From contig JANPKJ010000143.1 in NCBI GenBank assembly GCA_031425955.1, positions 14,239 to 78,238 of the forward strand: DNA of 64,000 bases. The letters run 5' to 3'. This document shows positions 30,616-40,100 of the stretch, piece after piece. The first letter of the stretch is position 1. Every line of letters begins with the position of its first letter. Source of the DNA: Akkermansiaceae bacterium (GTDB lineage: Bacteria; Verrucomicrobiota; Verrucomicrobiia; Verrucomicrobiales; Akkermansiaceae). A model generated the notes under the pieces. That model saw nothing but the letters and a program-made list of their open reading frames with translations, was not told the DNA's origin and searched no databases. A program made the translations under genes and the position numbers.

Positions 30616-30750
30616 CCGAAGAGAATAAGGGCTAAACCCGTCGTCAACCGTGATGAACCAGCTACTCTCACCGTGCCTGGCAAGCCGAGGCTGATGACCG
30701 GGGCGCTCCTTATCGACCTGATTCCGACCCGTGATTGCCCAGCGTTCACT

Positions 30751-33700
30751 ATGAAAAAACAACTCACCTTTGCGCTCGCCCTGCTTGCGTTCTTTTGCAC
30801 TCGTGTGGCGGCCCAGACCATCGACCTGTCGGCGGCTTGGAGCGTGGGGAACGATTTTGGTGGCAGCGCGCAATGCACGTTGACCCTCACCAATATCGGA
30901 ACATCAACAATCACCACCACCCTTTACGAATTCGACTATGGTCGCACGATCACACCTGGCGCTCCCATGAAGCTGGTATCGCAGGTCGGGAATCACTGGA
31001 CCATGACCAATCAGTCCTATTACTCCGGAGTCATGCTCCCTGGGGGGACGAAGAGTTTCCCAATCAAGGTCGTCCCGGGAAATGTCGGCATGGACGCCCC
31101 CACCAACATCTTCGTCAATGGCCTGCCGCTCGTCGGCTTCTATGTGCCGCCCGCGCTGTCCATGACGGATGCCGTGGTCACGGAGGGCGACGCGGGTACC
31201 GCATCGGTGGCGATTACGTTCACCCTCTCACGGGCGGTGGACAGTCCCGCTTCATTCAATTACGCGGCCACTGCGGGTAGTGCCATTTCGGGTGAGGATT
31301 TTCTGCCAGCGGCGGCCGTGGTCACCTTTCCGCCGGGCCAGACGCAACAGACGGTGACGGTCAATGTGATCGGCGACCGCAAGCCTGAGTACGACGAGAC
31401 ATTCACGCTGGCCTTGAGCAACCTCTCGAACTGCACGACGGCCCGCACCAGTGTCGGCGTCTCGATTTTCGATGATGACCGTCTGGCACCGACGTTTTAT
31501 TCCGCTTGGCACAACGTCCACAACGTGCCGCTGGCGACGGGTGACTTGGCCGACGACGACAGCGACGGGTTTCCCACGATCAGCGAGTATGCCTTCGAGC
31601 TGAATCCGAATGCCCCCGACGCGGGCGAGACGCTGATGGAAATCAAGCATGCCAACGGGAATCTTCAACTGACTTATGCGGCGTGGCGGCCGGACGTCGC
31701 GTATCGGGTGCAGGCGTCGGAAAACCTCTCGAACTGGACAGCGAATGGCGTGAGCGAAGTAAGTGATGGCCAGATGAGGACCGCCAGTGTGGCCGCTCCC
31801 GCGGGAGTAAAAACGCGCTTCCTGAGACTTAGCACCGACTGGCTGCCGAACACCTCGCGGTTCATGGAACTCTACCAGGAAATCCATGACCCGGCGAACG
31901 GCTACTTCAGCCCCGAGGGCATTCCGTACCACTCTCCGGAAACGCTGCTGTGCGAGGCTCCTGATTATGGCCATGAGACGACGTCGGAGGCGTATTCCTA
32001 CTATTTGTTGCTCGAAGCGATGTATGGTCGGGTGTCGGGGGATTGGTCGCGGTTCGCCGCTGCGTGGGCAAACATGGAGACCTACATGATCCCCACGCAC
32101 GACGACCAGCCCACTAGCGGCTCGGTCAATGCCGCCAAGCCTGCGAGCTATGCCCCGGAGTGGGAGCTGCCGAGTCTCTATCCGGCACAGCTCAACACCA
32201 ACGCGGCTGTGGGTGCGGACCCGCTTTTCAACGAACTCAAGACGGCTTATGGCACCTCGGATATCTATGGCATGCATTGGTTGCTGGACGTGGACAACTG
32301 GTATGGCTTCGGTCGGCGTGGTGATGGCACGTCACGGCCGTCCTACATCAATACCTTCCAGCGGGGCGCGCAGGAATCGGTCTGGGAAACAGTGCCGCAA
32401 CCGTCGTGGGAGAATTTTAACTGGGGTGGCCCGAACGGTTATCTCGATCTCTTCACGGGAGATTCCAGCTACAAGGAGCAATGGCGCTACACCAACGCGC
32501 CCGATGCGGATGCGCGGGCGGTCCAGGCGGTTTACTGGGCCAAGAAATGGGCGGATGCCCAGGGTGGTTCGGCGACCGTCGATGCGCTCGTGGCCAAGGC
32601 GGCGCGCATGGGGGATACGCTGCGCTACTCGCTGTTCGACAAATATTTTCGAAACATCAACAACACCGCGGTGGCCGGCACGGGTCGGCAAGCGGCGCAC
32701 TACCTGCTTTCATGGTATTACGCATGGGGCGGCTCGGTGAGCACCACCGGCGCATGGTCCTGGCGCATCGGCTCCAGCCACAGTCATTTCGGCTATCAGA
32801 ATCCTGTCGCGGCGTGGGTGCTCGGCACTGATGCCGCGTTCATCCCGAAGTCGCCGACGGCCCAGCAGGACTGGGTCACGAGCACCCGGCGGCAGTTGGA
32901 ATTCTACCGCTGGCTGCAATCGCACGAAGGGGCTATCGCCGGTGGAGCGACGAGCAGTTGGAATGGCCGCTACGAAACTCCGCCGGTGGGGACACCGAAG
33001 TTTTACAACCTGGCCTACACCCCGCACCCGGTCTATGCCGATCCGCCGAGCAACGAGTGGTTTGGTTTCCAGGCGTGGTCGATGCAGCGGGTGGCGGAAC
33101 TGTATTATTTGAACAATGACGCGCTGGCCAAGCAAGTGCTCGACAAGTGGGTGGTGTGGGTGCTGGCGAACGTGTCGCTTGCTAACAATTCTTATTCCAT
33201 TCCGGTGACGCTCGGTTGGTCCGGGCAGCCGGATAACTGGAACGCCACCACACCTGGCGCGAACGCCGGACTGCACGTCACGGTGACGGCGGTGAACCAG
33301 GACGTGGGAATCAGTTCTTCATTGGCGCGGACGCTCCTCTACTACGCCGCCGGCACCAAGCGTTGGGCCACGGAAAACACCGTTGCCCGCGAGACGGCGC
33401 GGACTTTGTTGGACCGGATCTGGACGAACTGTCGGGATGAGAAGGGCCTGTCCATTCCCGAGAAACGTGCGGACTACCGGCGCTTCTTCGAGCAGCAGGT
33501 TTACACGCCGCCGGGCTGGTCCGGGCAGATGCCTAATGGCGATACGGTCATGAATGGCGTGAGTTTCATCAATCTCCGCTCGAAGTACCGGCAGGATCCG
33601 GCGTTTCCCGCATTGCTGTCCGCCTATGAGAACTGGGTCGCCGGTGGCAGGGTGGGGGAATTCCAATCTCCGACTTACCGCTATCACCGTTTTTGGGCGC

Positions 33701-33756
33701 AGGTGGACGCCGCGCTCGCCAATGCCGAATACGACCTGCTTTTCCCCCGTGAATAA
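30751..33756 (+). CDS. Modular GH48 cellulase: CBM2-like + Calx-beta + DxDxDG module + GH48
   Basis: [25 protein letters not shown] (catalytic Glu), [42 protein letters not shown]. Confidence 0.95.
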   Translation: MKKQLTFALALLAFFCTRVAAQTIDLSAAWSVGNDFGGSAQCTLTLTNIGTSTITTTLYEFDYGRTITPGAPMKLVSQVGNHWTMTNQSYYSGVMLPGGTKSFPIKVVPGNVGMDAPTNIFVNGLPLVGFYVPPALSMTDAVVTEGDAGTASVAITFTLSRAVDSPASFNYAATAGSAISGEDFLPAAAVVTFPPGQTQQTVTVNVIGDRKPEYDETFTLALSNLSNCTTARTSVGVSIFDDDRLAPTFYSAWHNVHNVPLATGDLADDDSDGFPTISEYAFELNPNAPDAGETLMEIKHANGNLQLTYAAWRPDVAYRVQASENLSNWTANGVSEVSDGQMRTASVAAPAGVKTRFLRLSTDWLPNTSRFMELYQEIHDPANGYFSPEGIPYHSPETLLCEAPDYGHETTSEAYSYYLLLEAMYGRVSGDWSRFAAAWANMETYMIPTHDDQPTSGSVNAAKPASYAPEWELPSLYPAQLNTNAAVGADPLFNELKTAYGTSDIYGMHWLLDVDNWYGFGRRGDGTSRPSYINTFQRGAQESVWETVPQPSWENFNWGGPNGYLDLFTGDSSYKEQWRYTNAPDADARAVQAVYWAKKWADAQGGSATVDALVAKAARMGDTLRYSLFDKYFRNINNTAVAGTGRQAAHYLLSWYYAWGGSVSTTGAWSWRIGSSHSHFGYQNPVAAWVLGTDAAFIPKSPTAQQDWVTSTRRQLEFYRWLQSHEGAIAGGATSSWNGRYETPPVGTPKFYNLAYTPHPVYADPPSNEWFGFQAWSMQRVAELYYLNNDALAKQVLDKWVVWVLANVSLANNSYSIPVTLGWSGQPDNWNATTPGANAGLHVTVTAVNQDVGISSSLARTLLYYAAGTKRWATENTVARETARTLLDRIWTNCRDEKGLSIPEKRADYRRFFEQQVYTPPGWSGQMPNGDTVMNGVSFINLRSKYRQDPAFPALLSAYENWVAGGRVGEFQSPTYRYHRFWAQVDAALANAEYDLLFPRE

Positions 33757-33804
33757 ACTGCTTTCAGTGCCTGACCCATCTTTATCACCCCAAACGTTCC
33801 TCCA

Positions 33805-35559
33805 ATGAATCCACTCCGTCACCACCCGCTTGTTGTTTGTTTCGCCTCTATCATTTCGCTGACCGGCGGCGTTCGCGCCACGCCATGGGAAGTCTGGCAG
33901 TCAGAAAAATTCTCCATGGCCGAGCTGGCGGATCTCACCAGCACTGGCCCGCATGCCGATCCTGATCAGGACGGAGTCCGCAACGTCATTGAATACGCCA
34001 CCGCGATGAACCCGAAGTCAGGTGATGCCATCCCGCAGAATCTCACCAGGACGGAGTCCGCGATCGAGTTCGTCTACACAAAAAACAAATCCGCCAGCGA
34101 CGTGATCTATCAGGTCGAGTGGAGCGACGCTCCCGACGGCGTCTGGAGTTCTGACAATGTCACGGCCAGCGTCATGGCCGATGCTGCGACGACCCAGCAG
34201 ATCAAGGCGCTCGTTCCGGTGGGTGGCGCACGGCGGTTCGCGCGCCTTAGGATCACGGACACGCCAACGGCGCATCTGGACAATCCGTTCGTCGGCGCGA
34301 CGTTCTATCGAAACGTCGATTACATGGCGTCGGTCAAAGCGGCGGCGGATCTCCAAGGTGGCGCGGTGGGTGAGCAGATGAAACAAGTGGCGAACTTCCC
34401 CACCTTCGTCTGGCTCGATACGATCGCAGCCGTCAATGGCACAGGCAGCTATTCGCGAAGTCTGGCCGGCCATTTGGATCAGGCTCTCGCCCAAGGGGCC
34501 AATGCGATTGGCATCGTCGTTTACAACCTGCCGAATCGGGATGGTTCCGCCCTCGCCTCCAACGGTGAACTATTAATCGCCCAGAACGGCCTGAACCGCT
34601 ATAGAGCCGAATACATCGACGTCATTTACAACGTCATCAGCCGGCCGCAATACAACAGCTTGCGCATCGTCATGGTCATCGAGCCGGATTCGCTGCCCAA
34701 CCTCATCACGAACTTGAATTTCCCCAAGGTCGCCGAGGCCAACTCGACCGGCGCGTATGTCCAAGGCGTGCAATACGCCATCGGCACGCTGCGCTCACTC
34801 AGCAACACCTACGCCTACATCGATGTGGCGCACGCCGGATGGCTGGGCTGGTCTAACAATCTCACGCCCTTCGCAAACCTGCTCAAACAAGTCGGTGCGG
34901 GCATCCCCGGTGGCAATGGCAAGGTGGACGGCTTCATCAGCAACACCGCCAACTACAATGTCTTCGTCGAGCCATACATGACGGCCAATCAGTCGATCAG
35001 TGGCCAGCTCGTCCGCTCGATGCCGATTTGGTATGATTGGAACGATCACATCGAAGAACGGAGTTTTGCACTGGCGCTGCGCACCGCTTTAACGACTGGC
35101 ACCAACGCGTATCCGACCAACGTCGGCTTGTTGCTCGATACTTCCCGCAACGGCTGGGGTGGCACTGCCCGTCCGACCGGCCCGAGCACATCGACGGTGC
35201 GCAATACCTTCGTGCGGGCGACCACGCTTGACCGCCGCATCCACAAGGGAAACTGGGGGAATCAAAGCGGTGCCGGCATTGGCGCGAGGCCGGTGGCCAA
35301 TCCCTCCGCTAACTATGATGCCTTCGTCTGGGTGAAGCCGCCGGGTGAATCGGATGGCTCGAGTTCGTTGATCCCAGTCGGACCGGAAAATCCCGATGGC
35401 AAGGGCTTCGACCGCATGTGCGATCCGACCTATGGAGGGAATTCGCTCAACGGGAATCAACCCAGCGGGGCATTGCCGAACGCTCCGGTCTCCGGGCGCT
35501 GGTTCCAGTCGCAGTTCTTGCAGTTGGTGCAGAACGCCTATCCGCCTTTCCTGCCATAA
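33805..35559 (+). CDS. GH6 cellobiohydrolase, copy 2, with N-terminal DxDxDG module
   Basis: Signal peptide; ADPDQDGVRNVIEYA..NP module; GH6 motifs IEPDSL and WVKPPGESDG. Confidence 0.93.
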   Translation: MNPLRHHPLVVCFASIISLTGGVRATPWEVWQSEKFSMAELADLTSTGPHADPDQDGVRNVIEYATAMNPKSGDAIPQNLTRTESAIEFVYTKNKSASDVIYQVEWSDAPDGVWSSDNVTASVMADAATTQQIKALVPVGGARRFARLRITDTPTAHLDNPFVGATFYRNVDYMASVKAAADLQGGAVGEQMKQVANFPTFVWLDTIAAVNGTGSYSRSLAGHLDQALAQGANAIGIVVYNLPNRDGSALASNGELLIAQNGLNRYRAEYIDVIYNVISRPQYNSLRIVMVIEPDSLPNLITNLNFPKVAEANSTGAYVQGVQYAIGTLRSLSNTYAYIDVAHAGWLGWSNNLTPFANLLKQVGAGIPGGNGKVDGFISNTANYNVFVEPYMTANQSISGQLVRSMPIWYDWNDHIEERSFALALRTALTTGTNAYPTNVGLLLDTSRNGWGGTARPTGPSTSTVRNTFVRATTLDRRIHKGNWGNQSGAGIGARPVANPSANYDAFVWVKPPGESDGSSSLIPVGPENPDGKGFDRMCDPTYGGNSLNGNQPSGALPNAPVSGRWFQSQFLQLVQNAYPPFLP

Positions 35560-35576
35560 GGCAGGCAAACGATCCC

Positions 35577-36992
35577 ATGAAAGCTCTCCATCCTATCCTC
35601 GGAGTAATGGTCTTCGCTTCCATACTCCACGCCGCCGAGCCAGCTAAGCCTAACATCGTCGTTTTCATCTCCGACGACCACGGGCAGCTTGATTCGCAGG
35701 CTTACGGGTCCATGGAAGTCCGCACACCGAACATGGCGAAGCTGGCGGATGAGGGTTTGAAATTCACGCATGCTTTCGTCGCCTCGCCAGCTTGTGGCCC
35801 CAGCCGGACCGCGTTGCTGACCGGTCTGTGGCCCGCCCGCAACGGTGCCGAGCGCAACCACGACCCCAAACGTCCCGAAGTGCCTTCTCTGCCAACCGTG
35901 CTCCGCGCGCTCGGCTATGAAGTCGCCGTGATTGGCAAGGTCGCGCACAATGACTGGGCGAAGTTCTACGACTTCGATTCCACTTCCGGGTCTAACGGGG
36001 GAATTTCCGAGACCGCTTTAGTCGCCAGATTCCTCGCCAATCGCGACCCCGCCAAGCCGCTTTGCCTTTTCATCGGCACCCGCCATCCCCACACGCCATG
36101 GAGCAAGGCCCCGACTTACGATCCGAAGCAGGTGAAGATTCCACCCACCCATGTCGATACCGCAGTCACCCGCGAGATGCGCGCGGCCTATCTCACGGAC
36201 GTCACCAACTCCGACACGCTCCTCGGCGAAGTCCGCACGATGGTGCGCGAAAAAGTCCCCGGCGGCACGCTTTTCATCTACACGGCGGATCACGGCAGTG
36301 CCTGGCCTTTCGGAAAATGGAATCTCTACGACGCCGGCATCCGCATCCCGCTCATCGTCGTATGGCCTAACCACATAAAGCCCGCCACCACCAGCGATGC
36401 GCTGGTCTGCTGGCCCGACTTGCTTCCGACGTTTATCGATCTCGCCGGTGGCCAGGTTCCAGCCGGCATCGATGGTAAATCTTTCGCGCCCGTTTTGCGC
36501 GGCACCGCCACCGGCCACCGTGACCGGATTTTCGCCACCCACAGCGGCGATGGTGATTTTAACGTCTATCCGATCCGCGCCGTCCGCACGCGAGACTGGA
36601 AATTCATCCTCAACCTCCACCCCGAGTTCCAGCACCACACCCACATCTCGCGTTCCCCCGGTCCGCACGGTCAGAATTATTGGCGGTCCTGGCTCGTCGC
36701 CGCGGTGGATGATCCCGGTGCCGCTGCGACCGTGCAGCGCTACACCACGCGCCCCGCCGAGGAGCTTTACGATCTCCGCATCGATCCTTTCGAACTCCAC
36801 AATATCGCCACCGATCCTGCCCAAGCCGAACGCATCACCGCCATGCGCGCGGACCTCTCCGCCTGGATGAAGGAACAGGGCGATCAGGAAACCGTTTTCG
36901 GAAATCCGCTGCTGCTAGGCGCTCCGGTGACTTTGATTGAAGCGGCCAACAAGGCGAAAAAGTTAAAAAGCAAGGGGGTAAACTCACCATGA
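35577..36992 (+). CDS. Sulfatase (N-sulfoglucosamine sulfohydrolase-like)
   Basis: PNIVVFISDDH, CGPSR, DHG..WPFGKWNLYDAG. Confidence 0.9.
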   Translation: MKALHPILGVMVFASILHAAEPAKPNIVVFISDDHGQLDSQAYGSMEVRTPNMAKLADEGLKFTHAFVASPACGPSRTALLTGLWPARNGAERNHDPKRPEVPSLPTVLRALGYEVAVIGKVAHNDWAKFYDFDSTSGSNGGISETALVARFLANRDPAKPLCLFIGTRHPHTPWSKAPTYDPKQVKIPPTHVDTAVTREMRAAYLTDVTNSDTLLGEVRTMVREKVPGGTLFIYTADHGSAWPFGKWNLYDAGIRIPLIVVWPNHIKPATTSDALVCWPDLLPTFIDLAGGQVPAGIDGKSFAPVLRGTATGHRDRIFATHSGDGDFNVYPIRAVRTRDWKFILNLHPEFQHHTHISRSPGPHGQNYWRSWLVAAVDDPGAAATVQRYTTRPAEELYDLRIDPFELHNIATDPAQAERITAMRADLSAWMKEQGDQETVFGNPLLLGAPVTLIEAANKAKKLKSKGVNSP

Positions 36993-39900
36993 AATCCATG
37001 GGTCCTTCAATACATCGCTGGTTGCTATTCGCCGCCGCGCTGATTGTTCCGCACCTCCATGCGGCACCGCTGAATTTGCTCACCAATCCTGGTTTTGAAT
37101 CCGGCCTTGCGGGTTGGAGCGCGCACACGGGCGGCACGGCGCAAGTGGTGACGACTTTGCCGCACACCGGAGCCCAAGCGGCTCGCTCGACGAATCGCAC
37201 GAGCACCGGTCATGGCCTCCGGCAGGCGGTGCTGGGCGTGGCGGTGCCGGGAACCAGTTACGTCGCCAGCGCCTGGGTGCGGACGAGCAGCACGACGCCG
37301 GTGACGGTGTCGATGGGAGTGCAGCAGACCGATGGCTTCGGCACGCGGAACAACGTGGTGTTGTCCGCGCAGGTGGCCGATGGATGGACACGGATCAGCG
37401 GCGTGTTTGAATTCGACGTGAATGGAACGATCACCACTCTGAACCTGTTCATCAATGGCGCACCCGCTGCGGTGGATGTCTTCGTCGATGACGCGTCGTT
37501 CAGTGCGGTGGACACATCGGCGATTGAGAACCTTCTAACAAACTCGGGTTTTGAGGGCGGGACGGCAGGCTGGTTGCCGCGTGGACCGACGACGCTGGCG
37601 GCGGCACTCCCGCATTCGGGGAGCGGCAGCGTCTCGGTGACGGGCCGCACGGCGGCCTTCAATGGGATGGAGCAGTCGGTCTTCGGGAAAACGGAAGACG
37701 GACGCTTGTATTACGGCGCGGGCTGGGTGACGACGGATTCTCCGACGGCTGAGCCGGTGAAGCTGACTTTGCAGGTGATCGATAGCAGCGGCACGCGCTT
37801 TTTCGCGATTGCTGCGGGCACGGCCACCAGCTCGACGTGGACCTGGCTGTCGGGCACGGTGACGATGCCTGTGACGAGCGGACTGACGAATGTGAAGTTT
37901 TTGGTTGAAGGTCCGCAGGGTGGCGTCTCGATGCGTGTTGATGATTGTTACTTCGCACCGATCACGGGGCTGCGGCGCGCGGTGGCGGCCTACCCCGGGC
38001 TGCGACTCGGGATGGTGAGCGGGCTGGCGACTTGGGCGGAGGATCCGCGTTTCCGCTCGACGGTGAGCGGGCACTTCCATCTCTCGTCGCCCGAGAATGC
38101 GACGAAGTTTTCCCCCACCGAGCCGGAGGATGGCATCTGGCGCTTTGCCGAGGCTAACTCAATCGTCGAACTCGGTCTCGCCCGCGGCGGTTCCTCGCGC
38201 GGCCACACGTTCGTCTGGCATAACGGTGTGCCGACGTGGGTGACTGACGGTGCTTTCACGCCCGCACAGCTTCAGACGATCCTCTGGGATCAGATCGACA
38301 CGAAGGGCGCGGCATTTCGTCATCGACTGCCGTGGTGGGATGTGGCGAATGAAGTGATCGTGGATGGAGCCTCCGGCGCTTTGCGCAGCACGCTGTGGTA
38401 TAACTCTCCAGGCATCGGTTACGCGGGCGGCGGCTATCAATACCTGCGAGAGTCCTTCGCCCGTGCCCGCGCGGTGGATCCGGATACCGCGTTGTTTTAC
38501 AACGACTATAACATCGAGTCCGTCAATCCGAAGAGCGACGCCGTTTACACCATGCTCTCCAATTTCGTGGGTGGCGGTGTGCCGGCGCAGGGCATCGGTT
38601 TCCAATCCCACTTTGCGAGCGCTCCACCGACGCTTTCTTCGGTCCGTACGAATTTCCAGCGCTTCCAGGATCTCGGCCTTGATATCCACATCACGGAGAT
38701 GGACGTCCGCCTGCCCGTGGATGCGAACGGTTTTGCCACCCCCGCCAATCTGGCAATGCAGGGCGACAGTTACTTCGACTATCTGGGCGCGGCGCTTGGC
38801 TACTCGCGGCTGAAAATTTTCCAAGTATGGGGTCTTTACGACGGTGCTTCTTACGTGCCCATCGCCCGCCCCGGCTTCGGCCAGGCCATGCCCTTCGACT
38901 TCGATTTGGATCGCAAGCCCGCGTACTGGGGAATCTGGAATGCGCTCGCCGGGCAGTGTGAAAAGCTCACCGTCTCCTCGCTGTCCAGCGGCGACACACA
39001 GAGCGTGCTGACGAACACGCTGTTCAGCGCGAACTCCGCGCGGCAGCTCGAAGCCGATGCCGTGAATGATTTAATCACACTGCGGGCGCAGGTGCCCTTC
39101 CGCGGGCAATGGAATGTGAAACTCGGCGTGCTGCGCCAGCCGACGGGCGGGATCATGCGACTGTCTATCTCCCCGCCCGGCAGCACCACGTTCACGAATG
39201 TGGGTGCGGTGCAGGACACCTACTCCGCCACCGTCGCAGCTGGCGTGCTGGATCTTGGGACGGTGGATTTCTCCGCTCCGGGCGAGTGGCGGTTTCGCTT
39301 CACCGTAACAGGGAAGAACGCTGCGGCCTCGGACTTCAATCTCGCGCTCGACTACATCCGCCTCAGCCCGGTCGCCTGCGAGCCGAGCTTCACCATGCCC
39401 GTCGCCGCCCAGAGCATCGCCGCCAATACCCCGCTGGCCCCGAAACTTTTCATGGCTGAGGATGACACAGCCGAAGGCTCGCTCGTCGTCACGGCCACCT
39501 CGTCGAACGCCGCGCTCGTGCCTAACGGAAACCTCGTCATCGACGGCACCTCACCTTACTTCACCGTCGCCGCCACGCCGCTGGCGGATCGCCTCGGCAA
39601 CGCCACCATCACCCTCAGTGCCAGCGACGGCACCACGACCACCACCAGCACTTTCAGCCTTGCGGTCACTGGCAGTCCCATCGAAACGTGGAGGATGGAG
39701 AATTTCGGCACCACTGCCAACTCGGGCACCAGCGCTAACACTGCGGATGACGACCGCGATAGTGCTAACAATCTTCTGGAATACGCCACCGCGATGAATC
39801 CGAATGCAAGTGACGTCGTGCCACAAAGCCTCACGCGCGGTGCGGCCTCGCTCGACTTCATCTATAGGCGGAACAAAGCCGCCGCCGACCTGGCTTACGT

Positions 39901-40057
39901 CACGGAATGGAGCGACACCCTCCTCGATGACTGGAGCGTCACCGGCGTGAGCGCACCTGTCGAGTTGAGCGACGACGGTGTGGTTCAACAAATCAAAGTC
40001 ACCGTGCCGGCTACCGGAGCGAAGCGCTTCGTGCGCCTGAAAGTAGCCCTTCCGTGA
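36989..40057 (+). CDS. Modular GH10 xylanase: 2x CBM4/9/22-like + GH10 + beta-sandwich domains + C-terminal DxDxD module
   Basis: Two NLLTN.GFE.G..GW repeats; PENATK, RGHTFVWH, WDVANE, YNDY, HITEMD; C-terminal DDDRDSANNLLEYATAMNP. Confidence 0.9.
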   Translation: MKSMGPSIHRWLLFAAALIVPHLHAAPLNLLTNPGFESGLAGWSAHTGGTAQVVTTLPHTGAQAARSTNRTSTGHGLRQAVLGVAVPGTSYVASAWVRTSSTTPVTVSMGVQQTDGFGTRNNVVLSAQVADGWTRISGVFEFDVNGTITTLNLFINGAPAAVDVFVDDASFSAVDTSAIENLLTNSGFEGGTAGWLPRGPTTLAAALPHSGSGSVSVTGRTAAFNGMEQSVFGKTEDGRLYYGAGWVTTDSPTAEPVKLTLQVIDSSGTRFFAIAAGTATSSTWTWLSGTVTMPVTSGLTNVKFLVEGPQGGVSMRVDDCYFAPITGLRRAVAAYPGLRLGMVSGLATWAEDPRFRSTVSGHFHLSSPENATKFSPTEPEDGIWRFAEANSIVELGLARGGSSRGHTFVWHNGVPTWVTDGAFTPAQLQTILWDQIDTKGAAFRHRLPWWDVANEVIVDGASGALRSTLWYNSPGIGYAGGGYQYLRESFARARAVDPDTALFYNDYNIESVNPKSDAVYTMLSNFVGGGVPAQGIGFQSHFASAPPTLSSVRTNFQRFQDLGLDIHITEMDVRLPVDANGFATPANLAMQGDSYFDYLGAALGYSRLKIFQVWGLYDGASYVPIARPGFGQAMPFDFDLDRKPAYWGIWNALAGQCEKLTVSSLSSGDTQSVLTNTLFSANSARQLEADAVNDLITLRAQVPFRGQWNVKLGVLRQPTGGIMRLSISPPGSTTFTNVGAVQDTYSATVAAGVLDLGTVDFSAPGEWRFRFTVTGKNAAASDFNLALDYIRLSPVACEPSFTMPVAAQSIAANTPLAPKLFMAEDDTAEGSLVVTATSSNAALVPNGNLVIDGTSPYFTVAATPLADRLGNATITLSASDGTTTTTSTFSLAVTGSPIETWRMENFGTTANSGTSANTADDDRDSANNLLEYATAMNPNASDVVPQSLTRGAASLDFIYRRNKAAADLAYVTEWSDTLLDDWSVTGVSAPVELSDDGVVQQIKVTVPATGAKRFVRLKVALP

Positions 40058-40100
40058 TGGCGAATCCCTTTTAATCTCAATTTGTCAAAACTTCCAATCG

